DNA of 64,000 nucleotides from Eledone cirrhosa (Eukaryota): the NCBI GenBank assembly GCA_964016885.1, contig OZ024740.1, positions 137,082,001 to 137,146,000 on the forward strand. Direction: 5' to 3'. Numbering within the stretch: position 1 is the first letter of the stretch; every line of letters starts with the position of its first letter. Below, piece by piece: positions 54,001-63,500 of the stretch. Under the pieces are notes generated by a model. It made no database searches. It saw nothing but the letters and a program-made list of their open reading frames with translations, and was not told where the DNA came from. Made by a program: the position numbers and the translations under genes.

Positions 54001-57000
54001 TCCAATTCTCTTTTTCTCTTTACACTTTTCCCCAACCTCCAATTCTCTCTTTCTCTTATCACTTTTCTCTCAATCTCCCATTCTCTCTTTCTATTCTCAC
54101 TTTTCTCTCAATCTCCAATCCTCTCTTTCTGTTCTCAGTTTTCCCCCAATCTCCAATTCTCTCTTTCTCTTATCACTTTTCTCTCAATCTCCCATTCTCT
54201 CTCTCTCTTATCACTTTTCTCTCAATCACCAATTCTCTCTTTCTCTTATCACTTTTCTCATAATCTCCAATTCTCTCTTTCTCTTATTACTTTTCTCTCA
54301 ATCTCCAATTCTCTCTTTCTCTTATCACTTCTCCCCCAATCTACAATTCTCTCTTTCTCTTATCACTTTTCTCTCAATCTCCAATTCTCTCTTTCTCTTA
54401 TCACTTTTCTCTCAATCTCCAATTCTCTCTTTCTCTTCTCACTTTTCCCCTAATCTCCAATTCTCTCTTTCTCTTATCACTTTTCTCTCAATCTCCAATT
54501 CTCCCTTTCTCTTATCCATTTTCTCTCAATCTGCAATTCTCTCTTTCTTTTCCCACTTTTCCCCCAATCTCCAATTCTCTCTTTCTCTTCTCACTTTTCT
54601 CTCAATCTCCAATCCTCTCTATCTGTTCTCAGTTTTCCCCCAATCTCCAATTCTCTATTTCTCTTAGCACTTTTCTTTCAATCCCCCATTCTCTCTCTCT
54701 CTTATCACTTTTCTCTCAATCTCCAATTTTCTCTTTCTCTTATCACTTTTATCTCAAACTCCAATTCTCTCTTTCTCTCATCACCTTTCTCTCAATCACC
54801 AACTCTCACTTTCTCTTATCCCTTTTCTCTCAATCTCCAATTATCTCTTTCTCTTATCACTTTTCTCTCAATCTCCAATTCTCTCTTTCTCTTCTCACTT
54901 TTCCCCCAATCTCCAATTCTCTTTTTCTCTTTACACTTTTCCCCAACCTCCAATTCTCTCTTTCTCTTATCACTTTTCTCTCAATCTCCAATTCTCTCTT
55001 TCTCTTCTCACTTTTCTCTCAATCTCCAATCCTCTCTTTCTGTTCTCAGTTTTCCCCCAATCTCCAATTCTCTCTTTCTCTTATCACTTTTCTCTCAATC
55101 TCCCATTCTCTCTCTCTCTTATCACATTTCTCTCAATCTCCAATTCTCTCTTTCTCTTATCACTTCTCCCCCAATCTACAATTCTCTCTTTCTCTTATCA
55201 CTATTCTCTCAATCTCCAATTCTCTCTTTCTCTTATCACTTTTCCCATAATCTCCAATTCTCTCTGTCTCTTATCACTTTTCTCTCAATCTCCAATTCTC
55301 TCTTTCTCTTATCACTTTTCTGCCAATCTCCAATTCTCTGTTTCTCTTATCACTTTTCTCTCAATCTCCAATTCTCTCTTTCTCTTATCACTTTTCTGTC
55401 AATCTCCAATTCTCTCTTTCTCTTATCACTTTTCTCTCAATCTCTAATTCTCTCTTTCTCTTATCACTTTTCTCTCAATCTCCAATTCTCTCTTTCTCTT
55501 ATCACTTTTCTCTCAATCACAATTTTCTCTTTCTCTTATCACCTTTCCCCCAATCTCCAATTCTCTCTTTCTCTTATCACTTTTATCTCAATCTGCAATT
55601 CTCTCTTTCTCTTATCACTTTTCTCTCAATCTCCAATTCTCTCTTTCTCTTCTCACTTTTCCCCTAATCTCCAATTCTCTCTTTCTCTTATCACTTTTCT
55701 CTCAATCTCCAATTCTCTCTTTCTCTTATCCATTTTCTCTCAATCTGCAATTCTCTCTTTCTTTTCTCACTTTTCCCCCAATCTCCAATTCTCTCTTTCT
55801 CTTCACACTTTTCCCCCAATCTCAAATTCTCTATTTCTCTTAGCACTTTTCTCTCAATCCCCCATTCTCTCTCTCTCTTATCACTTTTCTCTCAAACTCC
55901 AATTCTCTCTTTCTCTTATCACTTTTCTCTCAATCTCCAATTCTCTCTTTCTCTTATCACTTTTCTCTCAATCTCCAATTCTCTCTTTCTCTTCTCACTT
56001 TTCTCTCAGTCTCCAATCCTCTCTTTCTGTTCTCACTTTTCCCCTAATCTCCAATTCTCTCTTTCTCTTATCACTTTTCTCTCAATCTCCAATTCTCCCT
56101 TTCTCTTATCCATTTTCTCTCAATCTGCAATTCTCTCTTTCTTTTCCCACTTTTCCCCCAATCTCCAATTCTCTCTTTCTCTTCTCACTTTTCTCTCAAT
56201 CTCCAATCCTCTCTATCTGTTCTCAGTTTTCCCCCAATCTCCAATTCTCTATTTCTCTTAGCACTTTTCTTTCAATCCCCTATTCTCTCTCTCTCTTATC
56301 ACTTTTCTCTCAATCTCCAATTTTCTCTTTCTCTTATCACTTTTCTCTCAAACTCCAATTCTCTCTTTCTCTCATCACCTTTCTCTCAATCGCCAACTCT
56401 CTCTTTCTCTTATCCCTTTTCTCTCAATCTCCAATTATCTCTTTCTCTTATCACTTTTCTCTCAATCTCCAATTCTCTCTTTCTCTTCTCACTTTTCCCT
56501 CAATCTCCAATTCTCTTTTTCTCTTTACACTTTTCCCCAACCTCCAATTCTCTCTTTCTCTTATCACTTTTCTCTCAATCTCCCATTCTCTCTTTCTATT
56601 CTCACTTTTCTCTCAATCTCCAATCCTCTCTTTCTGTTCTCAGTTTTCCCCCAATCTCCAATTCTCTCTTTCTCTTATCACTTTTCTCTCAATCTCCCAT
56701 TCTCTCTCTCTCTTATCACTTTTCTCTCAATCACCAATTCTCTCTTTCTCTTATCACTTTTCTCATAATCTCCAATTCTCTCTTTCTCTTATTACTTTTC
56801 TCTCAATCTCCAATTCTCTCTTTCTCTTATCACTTCTCCCCCAATCTACAATTCTCTCTTTCTCTTATCACTTTTCTCTCAATCTCCAATTCTCTCTTTC
56901 TCTTATCACTTTTCTCTCAATCTCCAATTCTCTCTTTCTCTTCTCACTTTTCCCCTAATCTCCAATTCTCTCTTTCTCTTATCACTTTTCTCTCAATCTC

Positions 57001-58110
57001 CAATTCTCCCTTTCTCTTATCCATTTTCTCTCAATCTGCAATTCTCTCTTTCTTTTCCCACTTTTCCCCCAATCTCCAATTCTCTCTTTCTCTTCTCACT
57101 TTTCTCTCAATCTCCAATCCTCTCTATCTGTTCTCAGTTTTCCCCCAATCTCCAATTCTCTATTTCTCTTAGCACTTTTCTTTCAATCCCCCATTCTCTC
57201 TCTCTCTTATCACTTTTCTCTCAATCTCCAATTTTCTCTTTCTCTTATCACTTTTATCTCAAACTCCAATTCTCTCTTTCTCTCATCACCTTTCTCTCAA
57301 TCACCAACTCTCACTTTCTCTTATCCCTTTTCTCTCAATCTCCAATTATCTCTTTCTCTTATCACTTTTCTCTCAATCTCCAATTCTCTCTTTCTCTTCT
57401 CACTTTTCCCCCAATCTCCAATTCTCTTTTTCTCTTTACACTTTTCCCCAACCTCCAATTCTCTCTTTCTCTTATCACTTTTCTCTCAATCTCCAATTCT
57501 CTCTTTCTCTTCTCACTTTTCTCTCAATCTCCAATCCTCTCTTTCTGTTCTCAGTTTTCCCCCAATCTCCAATTCTCTCTTTCTCTTATCACTTTTCTCT
57601 CAATCTTCCATTCTCTCTCTCTCTTATCACATTTCTCTCAATCTCCAATTCTCTCTTTCTCTTATCACTTCTCCCCCAATCTACAATTCTCTCTTTCTCT
57701 TATCACTATTCTCTCAATCTCCAATTCTCTCTTTCTCTTATCACTTTTCCCATAATCTCCAATTCTCTCTGTCTCTTATCACTTTTCTCTCAATCTCCAA
57801 TTCTCTCTTTCTCTTATCACTTTTCTGCCAATCTCCAATTCTCTCTTTCTCTTATCACTTTTCTCTCAATCTCCAATTCTCTCTTTCTCTTATCACTTTT
57901 CTGTCAATCTCCAATTCTCTCTTTCTCTTATCACTTTTCTCTCAATCTCTAATTCTCTCTTTCTCTTATCACTTTTCTCTCAATCTCCAATTCTCTCTTT
58001 CTCTTATCACTTTTCTCTCAATCACAATTTTCTCTTTCTCTTATCACCTTTCCCCCAATCTCCAATTCTCTCTTTCTCTTATCACTTTTATCTCAATCTG
58101 CAATTCTCTC
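51020..58110. repeat. About 2.8 near-identical tandem copies of a 2505-bp HOR (66 monomers)
   Basis: ATCGCCAAC at 51379, 53884, 56389. TCTGTCTC G at 52761, 55266, 57771. CTGTCAAT G at 52893, 55398, 57903. All are spaced 2505 = 66x38-3 apart. Confidence 0.92.
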
Positions 58111-59640
58111 TTTCTTTTCTCACTTTTCCCCCAATCTCCAATTCTCTCTTTCTCTTCACACTTTTCCCCCAATCTCAAATTCTCTATTTCTCTTAGCACT
58201 TTTCTCTCAATCCCCCATTCTCTCTCTCTCTTATCACTTTTCTCTCAAACTCCAATTCTCTCTTTCTCTTATCACTTTTCTCTCAATCTCCAATTCTCTC
58301 TTTCTCTTATCACTTTTCTCTCAATCTCCAATTCTCTCTTTCTCTTCTCACTTTTCTCTCAGTCTCCAATCCTCTCTTTCTGTTCTCAGTTTTCCCCCAA
58401 TCTCCAATTCTCTATTTCTCTTAGCACTTTTCTCTCAATCCCCCATTCTCTCTCTTATCACTTTTCTCTCAAACTCCAATTCTCTCTTTCTCTTATCACT
58501 TTTCTCTCAATCTCCCATTCTCTCTCTCTCTTATCACTTTTCTCTCAATCACCAATTCTCTCTTTCTCTTATCACTTTTCTCATAATCTCCAATTCTCTC
58601 TTTCTCTTATTACTTTTCTCTCAATCTCCAATTCTCTCTTTCTCTTATCACTTCTCCCCCAATCTACAATTCTCTCTTTCTCTTATCACTATTCTCTCAA
58701 TCTCCAATTCTCTCTTTCTCTTATCACTTTTCCCATAATCTCCAATTCTCTCTTTCTCTTATCACTTTTCTCTCAATCTCCAATTCTCTCTTTCTCTTAT
58801 CACTTTTCTGCCAATCTCCAATTCTCTCTTTCTCTTATCACTTTTCTCTCAATCTCCAATTCTCTCTTTCTCTTATCACTTTTCTGTCAATCTCCAATTC
58901 TCTCTTTCTCTTATCACTTTTCTCTCAATCTCTAATTCTCTCTTTCTCTTATCACTTTTCTCTCAATCTCCAATTCTCTCTTTCTCTTATCACTTTTCTC
59001 TCAATCACAATTTTCTCTTTCTCTTATCACCTTTCCCCCAATCTCCAATTCTCTCTTTCTCTTATCACTTTTATCTCAATCTGCAATTCTCTCTTTCTCT
59101 TATCACTTTTCTCTCAATCTCCAATTCTCTCTTTCTCTTCTCACTTTTCCCCTAATCTCCAATTCTCTCTTTCTCTTATCACTTTTCTCTCAATCTCCAA
59201 TTCTCTCTTTCTCTTATCCATTTTCTCTCAATCTGCAATTCTCTCTTTCTTTTCTCACTTTTCCCCCAATCTCCAATTCTCTCTTTCTCTTCACACTTTT
59301 CCCCCAATCTCAAATTCTCTATTTCTCTTAGCACTTTTCTCTCAATCCCCCATTCTCTCTCTCTCTTATCACTTTTCTCTCAAACTCCAATTCTCTCTTT
59401 CTCTTATCACTTTTCTCTCAATCTCCAATTCTCTCTTTCTCTTATCACTTTTCTCTCAATCTCCAATTCTCTCTTTCTCTTCTCACTTTTCTCTCAGTCT
59501 CCAATCCTCTCTTTCTGTTCTCAGTTTTCCCCCAATCTCCAATTCTCTATTTCTCTTAGCACTTTTCTCTCAATCCCCCATTCTCTCTCTTATCACTTTT
59601 CTCTCAAACTCCAATTCTCTCTTTCTCTTATCACTTTTCT
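57660..59640. repeat. About 1.0-1.1 kb tandem duplication closing the young core; the first copy lacks 4 monomers
   Basis: CTGTCAAT G is at 57903/58886 (983 apart) and CTCAGTCTCC A at 58361/59496 (1135 apart). The difference is 152 = 4x38. Confidence 0.75.
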
Positions 59641-60599
59641 CTCAATCTCCAATTCTCTCTTTCTCTTATCACTTTTCTCTCAATCTCCAATTCTCTCTTT
59701 CTCTTCTCACTTTTCCCCTAATCTCCAATTCTCTCTTTCTCTTATCACTTTTCTCTCAATCTCCAATTCTCCCTTTCTCTTATCCATTTTCTCTCAATCT
59801 GCAATTCTCTCTTTCTTTTCCCACTTTTCCCCCAATCTCCAATTCTCTCTTTCTCTTCACACTTTTCCCCCAATCTCCAATTCTCTCTTTCTCTTCACAC
59901 TTTTCCCCCAATCTCCAATTCTCTCTTTCTCTTCTCACTTTTCTCTCAATCTCCAATTCTCTCTTTCTCTTATCACTTTTCTCTCAATCTCCAATTCTCT
60001 CTTTCTCTTATCACTTTACTCTCAATCTCCAATTCTCTCTTTCTCTTCTCACTTTTCCCCCAATCTCCAATTCTCTCTTTCTCTCATCACTTTTCTCTCA
60101 ATCTCCAATTCTCTCTTTCTCTTATCACTTTTCCCCCAATATCCACTTCTCTCTTTCTCTTATCACTTTTCTCTCAATCACCAATTCTCTCTTTCTCTTA
60201 TCACTTTTCTCATAATCTCCAATTCTCTCTTTCTCTTATCACTTTTCTCTCAATCTCCCATTCTCTCTCTCTCTTATCACTTTTCTCTCAATCACCAATT
60301 CTCTCTTTCTCTTATCACTTTTCTCATAATCTCCAATTCTCTCTTTCTCTTATCACTTTTTTCTCAATCTCCAATTCTCTCTTTCTCTTATCACTTTTCT
60401 CTCAATCTCCAATTCTCTCTTTCTCTTATCACTTTCCTCTCAATCTCCAATTCTCTCTTTCTCTTATCACTTCTCCCCCAATATCCACTTCTCTCTTTCT
60501 CTTATCACTTTTCTCTCAATCTCCAATTCTCTCTTTCTCTTATCACTTTTCTCTCAATCTCCAATTCTCTCTTTCTCTTATCAGTTTTCTCTCAATCTG

Positions 60600-63500
60600 C
60601 AATTCTCTCTTTCTCTTATCACTTTTCTCTCAATCTCCAATTCTCTCTTTCTCTTATCACTTTTCTCTCAATCTCCAACTCTCTCTTTCTCTTATCCCTT
60701 TTCTCTCAATCTCCAATTCTCTCTTTCTCTTATCACTTTTCTCTCAATCTGCAATTCTCTCTTTCCCTTCTCACTTTTCTCTCAATCTCCAATTCTCTCT
60801 TTCTTTTCTCACTTTTCTCTCAATCTCCAATTCTCTCTTTCTGTTCTCAGTTTTCCCCAAATCTCCAATTCTCTCTTTCTCTTATCACTTTTCTCTCAAT
60901 CTCCCATTCTCTCTCTCTCTTATCACTTTTCTCTCAATCTCCAATTCTCTCTTTCTCTTATCCATTTTCTCTCAATCTGCAATTCTCTCTTTCTTTTCTC
61001 ACTTTTCCCCCAATCTCCAATTCTCTCTTTCTCTTCACACTTTTCCCCCAATCTCCAATTCTCCCATTCTCTTCTCACTTTTCTCTCAATCTCCAATCCT
61101 CTCTTTCTGTTCTCAGTTTTCCCCCAATCTCCAATTCTCTATTTCTCTTAGCACTTTTCTCTCAATCCCCCATTCTCTCCCTCTCTTATCACTTTTCTCT
61201 CAATCTCCAATTCTCTCTTTCTCTTATCACTTTTCTCTCAATCTCCAATTCTCTCTTTCTCTTATCACTTTTCTCTCAATCTCCAATTCTCTCTTTCACT
61301 TATCAGTTTTCTCTCAATCTGCAATTCTCTCTTTCTCTTATCACTTTTCTCTCAATCTCCAATTCTCTCTTTCTCTTCTCACTTTTCCCCTAATCTCCAA
61401 TTCTCTCTTTCTCTTATCACTTTTCTCTCAATCTCCAATTCTCTCTTTCTCTTATCACTTTTCTCTCAATCTCCAATTCTCTCCTTCTCTTATCCATTTT
61501 CTCTCAATCTGCAATTCTCTCTTTCTTTTCTCACTTTTCCCCCAATCTCCAATTCTTTCTTTCTCTTCACACTTTTCCCCCAATCTCCAATTCTCTCTTT
61601 CTCTTCTCACTATTCTCTCAATCTCCAATCCTCTCTTTCTGTTCTCAGTTTTCCTCCAATCTCCAATTCTCTATTTCTCTTAGCACTTTTCTCTCAATCC
61701 CCCATTCTCTCTCTCTCTTATCACTTTTCTCTCAATCCCCCATTCTCTCTCTCTCTTATCACTTTTCTCTCAATCTCCAATTCTCTCTTTCTCTTATCAC
61801 TTTTCTCTCAATCTCCAATTCTCTCTTTCTCTTATCACTTTTCTCTTAATCTCCAATTCTCTCTTTCTCTTATCCATTTTCTCTCAATCTGCAATTCTCT
61901 CTTTCTTTTCTCACTTTTACCCCAATCTCCAATTCTCTCTTTCTCTTCACACTTTTCCCCCAATCTCCAATTCTCTCTTTCTCTTCACACTTTTCCCCCA
62001 ATCTCCAATTCTCTCTTTCTCTTCTCACTTTTCTCTCAATCTCCAATTCTCTCTTTCTCTTACCACTTTTCTCTCAATCTCCAATTCTCTCTTTCTCTTA
62101 TCACTTTTCTCTCAATCTCCAACTCTCTCTTTCTCTTATCCCTTTTCTCTCAATCTCCAATTCTCTCTTTCTCTTCTCACTTTTCTCTCAATCTCCAATC
62201 CTCTCTTTCTGTTCTCAGTTTTCCCCCAATCTCCAATTCTCTATTTCTCTTAGCACTTTTCTCTCAATCCCCCATTCTCTCTCTCTCTTATCACTTTTCT
62301 CTCAATCTCCAATTCTCTCTTTCTCTTATCACTTTTCTCTCAAACTCCAATTCTCTCTTTCTCTCATCACATTTCTCTCAATCTCCAATTCTCTCTTTCT
62401 CTTATCAGTTTTCTCTCAATCTGCAATTCTCTCTTTCTCTTATCACTTTTCTCTCAATCTCCAATTCTCTCTTTCTCTTCTCACTTTTCCCCTAATCTCC
62501 AATTCTCTCTTTCTCTTATCACTTTTCTCTCAATCTCCAATTCTCTCTTTCTCTTATCACCTTTCTCTCAATCTCCAATTCTCTCTTTCTGTTATCACTT
62601 TTCTCTGAATCTTCAATTCTCTCTTTCTCTTATCCATTTTCTCTCCATCTGCAATTCTCTCTTTTCCCCCAATCTCCAATTCTCTCTTTCTCTTCACACT
62701 TTTCCCCCAATCTCCAATTCTCTCTTTCTCTTCACACTTTTCCCCCAATCTCCAATTCTCTCTTTCTCTTCTCACTTTTCTCTCAATTTCCAGTTCTCTC
62801 TTTCTCTTATCACTTTTCTCTCAATCTCCAATCCTCTCTTTCTCTTATCACTTTTCTCTCAATCACTTTTCTCTCCATCTCCAATTCTCTCTTTCTCTTA
62901 TCACTTTTCTCTCAATCTCCAATTCTCTCTTTCTCTTATCACTTTTCTCTCAATCTCCAATTCTCTCTTTCTCTTATCACTTTCCTCTCAATCTCCAATT
63001 CTCTCTTTCTCTTCTCACTTTTCCCCCAATCTCCAATTCTCTCTTTCTCTTATCACTTTTCTCTCAATCTCCAATTCTCTCTTTCTCTTATCACTTTTCT
63101 CTCAATCTCCAATTCTCTCTTTCTCTTATCACTTTTCTCTCAATCTCCAACTCTCTCTTTCTCTTATCCCTTTTCTCTCAATCTCCAATTATCTCTTTCT
63201 CTCATCACTTTTCTCTCAATCTCCAATTCTCTCTTTCCCTTCTCATTTTTCCCCCAATCTCCAATTCTCTTTTTCTCTTTACACTTTTCCCCAACCTCCA
63301 AGTCTCTCTTTCTCTTATCACTTTTCTCTCAATCTCCAATTCTCTCTTTCCCTTCTCACTTTTCTCTCAATCTCCAATTCTCTCTTTCTCTTCTCACTTT
63401 TCTCTCAATCTCCAATCCTCTCTTTCTGTTCTCAGTTTTCCCCAAATCTCCAATTCGCTCTTTCTCTTATCACTTTTCTCTCAATCTCCCATTCTCTCTC

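Noticed and set aside
11837-62775. Short - strand ORFs rich in E/R/K (69-72 aa at 11837, 15282, 26589, 62557)
   Set aside because: They occur only where consecutive monomers have lost the TGATAA stops. They recur because of array duplication, not coding conservation.
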